Shown here: piece by piece, positions 55,378 through 63,810 of the stretch
How positions within the stretch are numbered: the first letter of the stretch is position 1
Layout of the letters: each line of letters opens with the position of its first letter
From: Actinomycetota bacterium
GTDB taxonomy: Bacteria; Actinomycetota; Acidimicrobiia; IMCC26256; PALSA-555
DNA: 64,000 nt
Reading direction: 5' to 3'
NCBI GenBank assembly: GCA_016870355.1
Contig: VGBR01000001.1
Location: 250,989-314,988, forward strand
Program-made: the position numbers and the translations under genes
The notes under the pieces: model-generated
What the model saw: only the letters and a program-made list of their open reading frames with translations
Told to the model about the DNA's origin: nothing
The model's database searches: none

Positions 55378-57422
55378 TGTGAGCCTCGGAGGTCGAGTTC
55401 GCCCGAGCGCAGGCAGCGGACGTCGTGCGGGGTAGGGCCAGCCGCCCCGTTGGGTCCGGCGGTGAGCGAGACCCGCTCGCTGCGGCATGCGTCGATGACG
55501 TACGCGCACCGCGGGTGGAACCGGCAGCCTCCGGGCCACGCCCGTGGATGGGGCACCTGTCCCGGGATCACGTACAGCGCGTCTCCGGCGCGTCCGGTCT
55601 GAGGCATCGCGGCGAGCAAGCCCTCGGTGTACGGCTGCTGCGGGCGTGTGAACACCTCGCCCACGGTGCCCTGCTCGACGATCTGCCCCGAGTACATCAC
55701 CGCGACGCGGTCACAGATGTCGGCGACGACACCGAGGTCGTGCGTCACGAAGATGACGGAGAGATCGAGCTCGCGCTGCAGCGAGCGGAGCAGGTCGAGC
55801 ATCTGCGCCTGGATGGTGACGTCGAGCGCAGTCGTCGGCTCGTCGGCGATGAGCAGCTTCGGTCGGCACATGAGCGCGATCGCCAGCATCACGCGTTGGC
55901 GCATACCGCCCGAGAGCTGGTGGGGATACTCGTGGAGTCGCTGCTCGGGCGCCGGGATCTGGACGAGATCGAGCATCTCGCGGGCGCGTGCGCGCGCGGT
56001 CGCGCGGTCGACGTGCTCGTGGAGACGCAGTGCTTCCCGCAGCTGGTCGCCGATCGTGTAGGCAGGGTTGAGGCTCGTCATCGGGTCCTGGAACACCATC
56101 GACAGCTCCGCGCCCCGGATTGCGCGCATCTCGTCGAAGGACAAGGCGAAGAGATCCCGTCCCTCGAAGTACACCGCGCCTTCGGCGATCCGGGCCGGGG
56201 GCGACCCGAGCAGGCGCATGATGGCGAGGGAAGTGACGGTCTTGCCCGAGCCGCTCTCACCGACCAGACCGAGCACCTCGCCGGACGCGACGGAGAAGCT
56301 GACGTCATCGACCACCCGGACGCGTCCTTGCTCGGTGTCGAACTCCAGGCTGAGGTGCTCGACCGCGAGCAGCGGTGCGGGATCCGGTGCCGCGGGCACC
56401 TCGATGCGCGTCACGGCGGTGAGGCCACGGCGCGTCTTGCGCTGGCGCTGCTGCCAGGCCTGAAGCACGTTCCATGCCTGCCATGGCTTGCGGTGATGGT
56501 CGCGGGTAGGAACCCACTGCGACGCGCTCAGCGCGTCGCGCAGCGCGTCGCCCAGCGTGTTGTAGGCGAGGACCATCAACGCGATCACGGCCCCGGGAAA
56601 CCACAGCTGCCACGGATGTGTGTACAGCGAATGGTCGTAGGCGCGCCGGAGCATGTTGCCCCAGCTCGCGTTCGGTGGCTGCTGTGAGAGGCCCAGGAAG
56701 CTGAGCCCGGCCTCGGCGAGGATCGCGGCACCGAAGGCGAGCGACATGCCCACGATCAGGGGTGACCGCACGTTGGGGAGGATCCGATGGGAGAGGATGC
56801 GTCTCGTACGTGTGCCGATCGAGCGTGACGCCTCGACGAAGGTCTCCTCCTTGACGGCGAGCGTCGACGCCCGCACCAGCCGCGCGAAACCGGGAACCAT
56901 GACGATCGTGATGGCCAGCGCGACGTTGCCCACGCCCTTTCCGAGCAGCCCCGCCACCGCGATCGCGAGCACGAGGGGCGGGAAGGCGAGCATGGCGTCG
57001 ACGATCCGCATGAGCAGGTTGTCGAGGCGACCACCGATGTACCCGGAGACGAGCCCGATCGGCAGGGCGATCAGCCCGGCGAGCAGCACGGTCTGGAGGC
57101 TGATCCGCACCGAGATGCGGGCGCCCACGATGAGACGGCTGAGGATGTCGCGCCCCAGGTCGTCGGTGCCGAAGGGGTGGCTCCACGACGGCACATCGTT
57201 GGAGTTGAGGATGTCCTGAGCGTTGGGGTCGTGGGGGGCCACCGCCGTGCCGAAGATCGCCGCGATCGCGACGAGCATGAGGAACGCGATGGCCAGCACC
57301 GTGCCCCGCTTGCGGAGCAGCCGGCGAACGAGGCGGAGCCGCGGACTCGTCGAGCGCGCTGTCGCCACTGTCTCGACGGCAGCGACCGGTGCCAACCCGG
57401 TCGTGTCGGGCCGGAGGCTCAC
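55374..57422 (-). CDS. fused ABC transporter permease / ATP-binding protein (OppC/DppC-like permease plus OppD/DppD-like ATPase)
   Basis: Continuous 682-aa frame from GTG at 57422. N-terminal BPD permease (LAFPPLVLAIAVAGLLG...EASRSIGT), then GESGSGKTV, LSGGMRQR and LLIADEP. Confidence 0.85.
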   Translation of the reverse strand: MSLRPDTTGLAPVAAVETVATARSTSPRLRLVRRLLRKRGTVLAIAFLMLVAIAAIFGTAVAPHDPNAQDILNSNDVPSWSHPFGTDDLGRDILSRLIVGARISVRISLQTVLLAGLIALPIGLVSGYIGGRLDNLLMRIVDAMLAFPPLVLAIAVAGLLGKGVGNVALAITIVMVPGFARLVRASTLAVKEETFVEASRSIGTRTRRILSHRILPNVRSPLIVGMSLAFGAAILAEAGLSFLGLSQQPPNASWGNMLRRAYDHSLYTHPWQLWFPGAVIALMVLAYNTLGDALRDALSASQWVPTRDHHRKPWQAWNVLQAWQQRQRKTRRGLTAVTRIEVPAAPDPAPLLAVEHLSLEFDTEQGRVRVVDDVSFSVASGEVLGLVGESGSGKTVTSLAIMRLLGSPPARIAEGAVYFEGRDLFALSFDEMRAIRGAELSMVFQDPMTSLNPAYTIGDQLREALRLHEHVDRATARARAREMLDLVQIPAPEQRLHEYPHQLSGGMRQRVMLAIALMCRPKLLIADEPTTALDVTIQAQMLDLLRSLQRELDLSVIFVTHDLGVVADICDRVAVMYSGQIVEQGTVGEVFTRPQQPYTEGLLAAMPQTGRAGDALYVIPGQVPHPRAWPGGCRFHPRCAYVIDACRSERVSLTAGPNGAAGPTPHDVRCLRSGELDLRGSQ

Positions 57423-58417
57423 GAGACCCGCACCTTGGGGTTGAGGAACCCGTAGGTGATGTCGGCGAGCGTGCTGAGGATCAACGCGGCGAGCACGAAG
57501 ATGAGCACCACACCCTGGATCACCGGTACGTCGAAGCTGACCACGGCGCGCAGGAAGTACGGGCCCATCCCCGGGATCGTGAAGATCTCCTCGACGATCA
57601 CCGTGCTGCCGATCAGGTAGCCGGTCTGGAGTGCCAGGATCGTGACGACCGGTATCGCCGCGTTCTTCAGCGCGTGCTTGACGACGATCAATCGCGTGCT
57701 GCCGCCCTTGGCCCACGCGCTACGCACGTAGTTGGTGTCGAGCACGTCGATGAGCGCTGCCCGCAGCTGGCGCGAGAGCGAGGCCGCGGACCAGGTCCCG
57801 AGCGCGATGGCCGGCAGCGCGATGTGCTCGAGCCAGCGGAGCGGGTTCTCGAAGAACGGCACGTACCCCGACGGGGGGAGCAACCGCAGGTCGACCGCGA
57901 ACAGCACCACGAGGATGATCGCCAGCCAGTACCCCGGGATCGAGATCCCCAGCGTGGTGCCGAAGCGGGAAAGCTTGTCGATGGCGCCCGCGGGCCGCAT
58001 CGCCGACAGGACCCCGAGCGGCACGCCGACCAGGAGGCCGACGAACAGCGCGGCACCGGCCAGGCCAAGGGTGATCGGCAGCCGCTCGGCGATGTCGCTG
58101 GTCACCGCGGTCCGCGCGAAGAGGGAGTCGCCGAGGTCACCCTGGACCGCGCCGCCGAGCCAGCGCCCGTACTGCTGGAAGATCGACTCGTCGAGGTGCA
58201 GCTCCTCGCGCACCTCGGCGATCCGCTCGGGAGTTGCGTTCTCGCCGCCGGCGAGCGTGACGGACGCATCGCCCGGGACCAGCGCGATGAGGATGAACAC
58301 GAAGAACGAGACGAGAACGAGCAGGGGGACCAGCGCCAGCAAGCGGCGTGCAATCAGCGTGCCCAAGGCGCGCAGCCCCCTTCTCGGCGTGGCCTCGTCG
58401 GAACCGCCGGAGTCCAC
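57419..58417 (-). CDS. ABC transporter permease (OppB/DppB-like)
   Basis: 332-aa ORF, 6 TM, with the EAA-type loop (NYVRSAWAKGGSTRLIVVKHALKNA). The exact start is uncertain. Confidence 0.85.
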   Translation of the reverse strand: MDSGGSDEATPRRGLRALGTLIARRLLALVPLLVLVSFFVFILIALVPGDASVTLAGGENATPERIAEVREELHLDESIFQQYGRWLGGAVQGDLGDSLFARTAVTSDIAERLPITLGLAGAALFVGLLVGVPLGVLSAMRPAGAIDKLSRFGTTLGISIPGYWLAIILVVLFAVDLRLLPPSGYVPFFENPLRWLEHIALPAIALGTWSAASLSRQLRAALIDVLDTNYVRSAWAKGGSTRLIVVKHALKNAAIPVVTILALQTGYLIGSTVIVEEIFTIPGMGPYFLRAVVSFDVPVIQGVVLIFVLAALILSTLADITYGFLNPKVRVS

Positions 58418-58528
58418 TCGCTTCTGACGTGAACGTCAATCTCGGAGCGTCGGGGTGGCCGCGCGCCGGGACCCTGGTCGATCGCCCGACTATGTTCGCG
58501 GCTGCCAGCGGTCATCCGGGGGGAAGCC

Positions 58529-60127
58529 ATGAAGCGCAATGACACGCGTCGGTCCGTACGTCGCCTCGTCGGTGTGTGCACCATCGTGGTGCTGGCCGGC
58601 ACGAGCCTCGTCGCCTCGAGTGCCAACGCGGTCAGTCCGTCCGGGAAGAAGTCGGCGATCGACCCGAACGGGACCCTGAGGTTCGGGGTCGAGCTCAACA
58701 ATCGCTCGCCCCAGCTGGTGGCGTTCGACCCGGCAACCTCGACGACGACGAACGACGTCTGGAACCTCGCGTTCATCTACGACACGCTCCTCTACCCGCC
58801 GCTCAAGACGGGCAAGTACGAGCCCGGCTTGGCGCGCTCGTTCGAAGTCGTCGATGACCAGACCATCGAGGTGGAGCTGCGCCCGAACCTGACGTTCCAC
58901 GACGGGGAGACGCTCGATGCCGACGCCGCCAGTGCGAGCATCATGCGCAACTTCGAGACGGTGAACTCGTCATGGAACCCCGCGTTCGCGAATCTCGACT
59001 CGATCGAGGTGCTTTCCCCGACCACATTCCGCATCAACCTCACCGAACCTGGTGCGTACGCGTTCCTCCCACTCCTGGCTGCGCGCGAGACGATGGTCGT
59101 GTCGCCTACGGCCGCGGCGGCTGGAACTCTCGAGGAGCTCCCGATTGGCGCCGGACCGTTCGAGTTCGGGGAGTACGACACCGAGCAGCTGCTCTCGTTG
59201 ACGAAGTTCAAGGACTACTGGAACGCCAAGAAGGTGAGGATCGGCCAGCTCGATCTGGTCAGCTCGGTGGCCGGCGCACCGCGGGTCGCGGCACTGCTCG
59301 CGCCCACCATCGACGTCGGCGGCATCAGTGTCTCCGATGTCGGTGGTGTCGACGGCCGTGATGACCTGAAGGTCGCGACCAAGCCGTCGGACGGGTTCCT
59401 CTACACGCAGCTGTGCAAGAGCGAGCCGCCCTTCGACAACCTGAAGGTGAGGCAGGCGTTCTCTCACGCGATCAACCGCGACGAGCTCAACCAGGCCGTG
59501 TACGACGGGCTGGGAGCGCCGGCGTACATGGCGTGGTCGGAGGGAACGCCTTTCTACGAGCCGTCCATCGCCAAACAGCAGAAGTACAACCCGAAGCTCG
59601 CGCGCAAGCTGCTCGCCGAGGCTGGCTTCGAGGACGGCGTCTCCTTCAGCACGATGATCGTCGCGGGCTTCCCGGCGACGGAGACACTCACCACCGTCCT
59701 GGAGCAGCAGCTCGCCGAGGTCGGTATCGAGATCACCATCGAGCAAAGTGCCAACTACGCGCAGGACGTGTGGGTCGATCGCAAGACCGACACCGGTACC
59801 GTGCCGTGGATCCGCTCCGGTGTGGAGAACACCATCATGTTCGACCCTGGGTTCCAGGCCAACCTCTGCGGCTACGACGACCCGGAGCTCAACGATCTGC
59901 GCACCGCGGTGCTCGATGCTGTCCCAGGTTCGCCCGCGCAGCACGATGCGTGGACCGCATGGATGAAGCACGTCGCCGACAACATGCTCGTCATCTACCA
60001 CCTCTATCCGGCGTCGGTCATCGGCTTCCACTCCGACCGGGTCGATGCGAGCAAGTTCGACTCGCTCTACTCGGGTCCGAGCGCGCAGTTCTTGGACTGG
60101 ACGGCGATGACGGTCAAGAAGGGCTAA
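58529..60127 (+). CDS. ABC transporter substrate-binding protein (family 5, peptide/nickel)
   Basis: 532-aa ORF with a signal peptide (RRLVGVCTIVVLAGTSLVASSANA) and SBP_bac_5-like body. Divergent from the permease/ATPase genes. Confidence 0.88.
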   Translation: MKRNDTRRSVRRLVGVCTIVVLAGTSLVASSANAVSPSGKKSAIDPNGTLRFGVELNNRSPQLVAFDPATSTTTNDVWNLAFIYDTLLYPPLKTGKYEPGLARSFEVVDDQTIEVELRPNLTFHDGETLDADAASASIMRNFETVNSSWNPAFANLDSIEVLSPTTFRINLTEPGAYAFLPLLAARETMVVSPTAAAAGTLEELPIGAGPFEFGEYDTEQLLSLTKFKDYWNAKKVRIGQLDLVSSVAGAPRVAALLAPTIDVGGISVSDVGGVDGRDDLKVATKPSDGFLYTQLCKSEPPFDNLKVRQAFSHAINRDELNQAVYDGLGAPAYMAWSEGTPFYEPSIAKQQKYNPKLARKLLAEAGFEDGVSFSTMIVAGFPATETLTTVLEQQLAEVGIEITIEQSANYAQDVWVDRKTDTGTVPWIRSGVENTIMFDPGFQANLCGYDDPELNDLRTAVLDAVPGSPAQHDAWTAWMKHVADNMLVIYHLYPASVIGFHSDRVDASKFDSLYSGPSAQFLDWTAMTVKKG

Positions 60128-60331
60128 CGCTTCGGTCGGGTCCCGGACGGATGGGGGGCGCACACCCCTCAACCCCAAGAGCCGGTCCCATGCCGAGCCG
60201 AGAAGTCCGGCCACGCTCCGGCTCGAGGAACGATGTGCAACGGTGCCCTGCGCTGAGGCCTTCGAGCCGGCTTTTGCGTTTGGACGGAACGGTGCCGGGC
60301 CTCGTTGCCCGCCAGGAGATCGTGGTTCCTA

Positions 60332-60369
60332 TGAGTAGGACGCTGCGGCGTGAGTAGGACGCTGCGGGG
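60332..60369. repeat. 19-nt tandem duplication (2 copies)
   Basis: tgagtaggacgctgcggcg / tgagtaggacgctgcgggg, with one mismatch. It lies inside a 516-nt apparently non-coding stretch. Confidence 0.7.
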
Positions 60370-60587
60370 GATGGCGACGAGACCCTCAGCCAGTACTTGC
60401 GGTGGCCCAGCCCAGTGCTTCTCCGGCGCGAAGCATCCCCGCGTTCAGTGATCGCGCAATCACGGAGTACCTCGAGCGAAAAACCCGCGTCTGAAGCTCG
60501 CATTGCCGGGACGGTCGCCCAGGCTTCTCGCAGTTCGGTCGGCCCGTGGTGACAGTCCAACCTCGGGGAGCAATTTGTGGCGCTGCG

Positions 60588-60722
60588 GTGCCGAGGTGCT
60601 CTCTCCCGGGGAAGGCGAGTCGGCGAGCAGAGTGTGTCGTCGGTCAGCTCGCCTTGAGGTAGCGGCGGAGTGCTTTGCGAATCACTTCCGAAACGGGAAC
60701 GCCTTCATCTTCGGCGCGATGA
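60588..60722. repeat. direct repeat copy B (partner of 54046..54183)
   Basis: See copy A. Here the repeat is continuous with the remainder of the RHH reading frame. A shared 12-mer tacctcgagcga also occurs at 54022 and 60468. Confidence 0.85.
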
Positions 60723-60808
60723 ACCAGGAACTGCTTGAGTTCGGGATCGAGGCGAACGGACTCGTCTGCAAGTTCCCATCGAGCCCGACCTTCATCGCAG
60801 TGCCTGAG
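60644..60808 (-). CDS. ribbon-helix-helix (CopG-family) antitoxin-like protein; no canonical start codon found, possibly disrupted
   Basis: The frame read by hand gives ...ESVRLDPELKQFLVHRAEDEGVPVSEVIRKALRRYLKAS-stop, a full RHH strand-helix-helix. An in-frame TGA sits at 60809-60811 and there is no ATG/GTG/TTG between it and the beta-strand. Local GC is lower than the surroundings. Confidence 0.45.
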   Translation of the reverse strand, partial: LRHCDEGRARWELADESVRLDPELKQFLVHRAEDEGVPVSEVIRKALRRYLKAS

Positions 60809-60926
60809 TCAACGGTCGACTTCCCGAGCCTCAACGTTCTCTTGGAGGAGGTCCTCGTGGTGAATGCGACGATGCAGCAACAAGGCACCGCGTCGACACT
60901 CGATCATGCAGACCAGTACTGCAAGC

Positions 60927-61454
60927 TCAAGAGGGCTCCGAAGTAGCGGGTCGGTCGATGCCGTAGACGCGGGTGTCTCGGCCGCGGAAGTCGATGGTTC
61001 GCTCGAACTTCTCACCTAGGCGGTGAGCGACGGCAATCGAGCGCGTGTTCTCGGGGTTGATGAGGCTGATGACGCGGGTCGCGTCGAGCTCGTTCCACGC
61101 GTGCTCGAGCGCGACGCGCGCGGCCTCGGTGGCATAGCCACGGCCCCACACCGTTCGGTCGAGTGCCCATCCCACTTCGAGGCCGGGCCAGCCGACCGGG
61201 CGGTGAAGGCCGACGCGCCCGACCATGGTCTCAGAGTCGCGCACTTCGACGGCCCACGTACCGAAGCCGCGCAGCGCCCAGTGCCCGGTGAACATGGCCA
61301 TGCTGCGCCACGCGTCCTCTCGACTGAGCGTGTTGCCATCGCCGATATAACGCATCACCTCGGGGTCCGAGCACATGCGCGCGTACGCGTCGAGGTCCTC
61401 GTCGCGCCACGCGCGCAGCACGAGGCGATCAGTGTGGATCGTCGGGGCAGCCAC
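60927..61454 (-). CDS. GNAT family N-acetyltransferase (Acetyltransf_3 / RimJ-RimL-like)
   Basis: Tail of shadow ORF 60927..62219 from GTG at 61454: TIHTDRLVLRAWRDEDLDAYARMCSDPEVMRYIG...GWALDRTVWGRGYATEAARVALEHAW. Confidence 0.8.
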   Translation of the reverse strand: MAAPTIHTDRLVLRAWRDEDLDAYARMCSDPEVMRYIGDGNTLSREDAWRSMAMFTGHWALRGFGTWAVEVRDSETMVGRVGLHRPVGWPGLEVGWALDRTVWGRGYATEAARVALEHAWNELDATRVISLINPENTRSIAVAHRLGEKFERTIDFRGRDTRVYGIDRPATSEPS

Positions 61455-61468
61455 GGCGCTGCCGTTCG

Positions 61469-63019
61469 TCAGTCCGGGTCGGGGACGGGTTGCGGCGGGG
61501 GCGGCCCGACGTAGCTCGCGCTCGGGCGGATCAGTCGGTTGTCGGCAGCTTGTTCGAGGATGTGCGCGGTCCAACCGATCACCCGGCTCGACGCGAACGT
61601 CGGCGTGAACATCTCCGCGGGCACTCCACAGGCGTCCATGACGATGCCGGCGTAGAACTCCACGTTCGTGTAGAGCTTGCGACCGGGCTTGAGCTCGGCG
61701 AGCAGATCGATCGCCTTCTGCTCGACCTGCTTGGCGAACTCGACGTTCGGTCCACCGAGCCGTTCGGCCACGCTGCGCAACATCACCGAGCGGGGATCGT
61801 CGGTCTTGTAGACGCGGTGACCGAACCCCATCAGGCGGTCGCCGCGCTCGATCGCGTCGCGGATCCACGGTTCGGCCTTGTCGATCGTGCCGATGTCTTC
61901 GATCATCGTGAGTGCCCGGCTCGGTGCGCCGCCGTGCAACGGGCCCGACAGCGCGCCGATCCCACCTACGACGGCGGCGGCGAGGTCGGCGCCGGTCGAC
62001 GTGATCACGCGCGCCGTGAAGGTCGACGCATTGAACCCGTGGTCGATCGTGGAGATGAGGTAGTGCTCGACCGCCCGTGCGTGCTCGGGCTTCTGGGTCT
62101 CGCCCAGCATCATCTTCAGGTAGTTGGCGGCGTACGGGAGATCGGGATCGGGCTCGACAACTGGCAGCTGGTGCTTCAGCCGGTAGAGGGCGCACAGCAG
62201 GCTCGGCACCACGGCACACACGCGCAACGCCTGCTGCCGGAGCTCGGTCGCGCTCAGGTCGAGCGACGGACCGAAGCCCAGGCTGGCACCGAGCAACGAC
62301 ACCGCGGTTCGCAGCTGTTCGAGGGGCGGTGCGTCGGGGGCGGCGATGATGATCTGCGGCAGCGCCTCGAGCAATGCCGGTGGGATCACGCGCAGCGGCG
62401 CGATCTCGCGCATGAACGCCTCACGCTCAGCGCGGTTGGGGAGCTCGCCTTCGTAGAGCAAGTGCCAGACGTCTTCGATCGATCGCGTCTCGGCGAGCTC
62501 GACCGCGTCGTACTGGCGGTAGTGGTAGAAGCCTTCGAGACCGCGGACGTCACCGATGGCCGTCTCGGCGACCACCACACCTTCGAGGCCACGCGGCACG
62601 TCGAGCGCGAGGTGATCCGCCGGCTGGATCTGGGCGATGCGCATGAGATCGCGCATCGACACGATGCCCACGAGCTTGCCGCCGTCGACGACGGGGATGT
62701 GGCGATAGCCGTGCTCGGCGAGGCTGGCGAACGCCGACGTCGCCTCGGCATCCGGCGCGACCGAATCGGGGTCAGGCGTCATCCAGTCGCGGACGAGGTC
62801 GCTGCCGGCGGCGCGGGCGGCGGCGAGGCGCACGAGGTCCCGTTCGGTGAGGATCCCTACGGGGCGGTCGCCGTCCACGACGACGACGGACCCCACGCGC
62901 TGCTCGCGCATGCGCTCGGCGGCGGCCCCGACGGTCTCGTCAGCAGTGGCGGTGACGACCGGGTGGCTCATGATGTCGGCCACGGTTCGCGTCGTGCCCG
63001 CGCCGGTGACCGCCATCAA
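61469..63019 (-). CDS. CBS-domain pair fused to citrate synthase (type I / CitA-like)
   Basis: The N-terminal ~135 aa contain two CBS motifs (VADIMSHPVVTA...GILTERDLVR; VRDWMTPDPDSV...GIVSMRDLMR). The rest is citrate synthase (GPLHGGAPS, GFGHRVYKTDDPR, catalytic His/Asp context). Confidence 0.88.
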   Translation of the reverse strand: MMAVTGAGTTRTVADIMSHPVVTATADETVGAAAERMREQRVGSVVVVDGDRPVGILTERDLVRLAAARAAGSDLVRDWMTPDPDSVAPDAEATSAFASLAEHGYRHIPVVDGGKLVGIVSMRDLMRIAQIQPADHLALDVPRGLEGVVVAETAIGDVRGLEGFYHYRQYDAVELAETRSIEDVWHLLYEGELPNRAEREAFMREIAPLRVIPPALLEALPQIIIAAPDAPPLEQLRTAVSLLGASLGFGPSLDLSATELRQQALRVCAVVPSLLCALYRLKHQLPVVEPDPDLPYAANYLKMMLGETQKPEHARAVEHYLISTIDHGFNASTFTARVITSTGADLAAAVVGGIGALSGPLHGGAPSRALTMIEDIGTIDKAEPWIRDAIERGDRLMGFGHRVYKTDDPRSVMLRSVAERLGGPNVEFAKQVEQKAIDLLAELKPGRKLYTNVEFYAGIVMDACGVPAEMFTPTFASSRVIGWTAHILEQAADNRLIRPSASYVGPPPPQPVPDPD

Positions 63020-63044
63020 TGATGCAGGCTACCGCGTCCGCTCA

Positions 63045-63359
63045 TCATGCCGACTCTCCGTGCCTTCCCGCGCCGGCTGAATACTTCGCGACTCCCTCGC
63101 GGAACTCAGTGCCGTTGAGCACCTCGATGCCGTGCTCGTGCTCGTTGCGGAACGTGTCGACGAGCGGCATGCCCCATTGCTCATAGGTCGACGTACGGTC
63201 GGAGCGCATGCACTGCTGCGGCAGCCGGGCGAGCTCCTGTGCGAGCTCGATGGCGCCAGCGAGCGCGCCGCCGGGCTCGGTGAGTCGGTTCGCCAGCCCC
63301 ATTCGCAGTGCTTCGTCGCCGGACACGCCGCGCCCAGTGAGCGTGCCGGTGGTGTTCAT
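63045..63359 (-). pseudogene. enoyl-CoA hydratase (crotonase) C-terminal fragment
   Basis: Only ...LTGRGVSGDEALRMGLANRLTEPGGALAGAIELAQELARLPQQCMRSDR... is protein-like (helical C-terminal third of the crotonase fold). The upstream part of track ORF 63045..63593 is junk. Confidence 0.5.
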
Positions 63360-63747
63360 CCTCGTGAGCGCGCTCACCGGTTGGATCGCCAACCTGCTGG
63401 GGCCCCTCAGCGGTGCCGTCGCCGCCCTGCTCGGCACGGCGCTCTTCGCCGGCCTCATCGTTCTTGGCTTCGCGTGGCTTCCCTCGAAGCCCGTGCCCCT
63501 TCGCGCGCACCTGCCCGGAGCCATCACCCTCGCGGTGGGAATCCAGGCGCTCGGCATGGTCGGTGAGTTCTTCGTGGCCGGGGAGCTCACCAATGCCGAG
63601 CAGCTCTACGGCGTGCTGGAACTCGCGGCCACGCTGCTGTTCGTGCTTTACCTCATCGGCCGCATCACGGTGTGGTCGTGCGAGCTGAACGCGGTGTCAT
63701 GGGAGGTCTGGCACGGCGGTGATCCGGACGCCTCACCCTCGTCCTGA
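63337..63747 (+). pseudogene. YihY/BrkB-family membrane protein C-terminal fragment
   Basis: Tail of track ORF 63208..63747: LPGAITLAVGIQALGMVGEFFVAG...QLYGVLELAATLLFVLYLIGRITVWSCELNAV matches the YihY family C-terminus. The N-terminal ~150 aa of the family are absent. Confidence 0.5.
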
Positions 63748-63810
63748 GGGGAGTATGGTCAGGCAAACCCCCCGTGTGCCCACCACGACAAAGGAACAGC
63801 CGTGGCGACA

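Noticed and set aside
60114-60560. 148-aa minus-strand ORF downstream of the RHH gene, considered as the cognate toxin.
   Set aside because: It has no PIN, RelE/ParE, MazF, HipA or GNAT-toxin motifs. Its composition is Arg/Ser/Pro-rich. It is not adjacent to or coupled with the RHH stop, being separated from it by about 80 nt.
54012-60722. Integrated prophage or ICE at tRNA-Leu.
   Set aside because: No integrase, excisionase, transposase, phage or conjugation gene is present between or next to the repeats. The repeat is not derived from the tRNA 3' end. The observation is kept only as a repeat-bracketed segment of uncertain origin.
60809-60811. In-frame TGA directly upstream of the RHH reading frame, considered as a second selenocysteine or read-through site.
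   Set aside because: No hairpin lies at SECIS distance downstream. There is no redox motif around the codon. The upstream peptide (MIECRRGALLLHRRIHHEDLL...) looks non-genic. A nonsense mutation or a non-coding region is the simpler explanation.
60927-61454. GNAT gene plus adjacent RHH gene, considered as a TacT/AtaT-type GNAT toxin-antitoxin module.
   Set aside because: The GNAT is of the RimJ/RimL (Acetyltransf_3) housekeeping type. The gene order is reversed relative to known GNAT-RHH systems. The RHH lacks a start codon, and the two genes are separated by about 120 nt.
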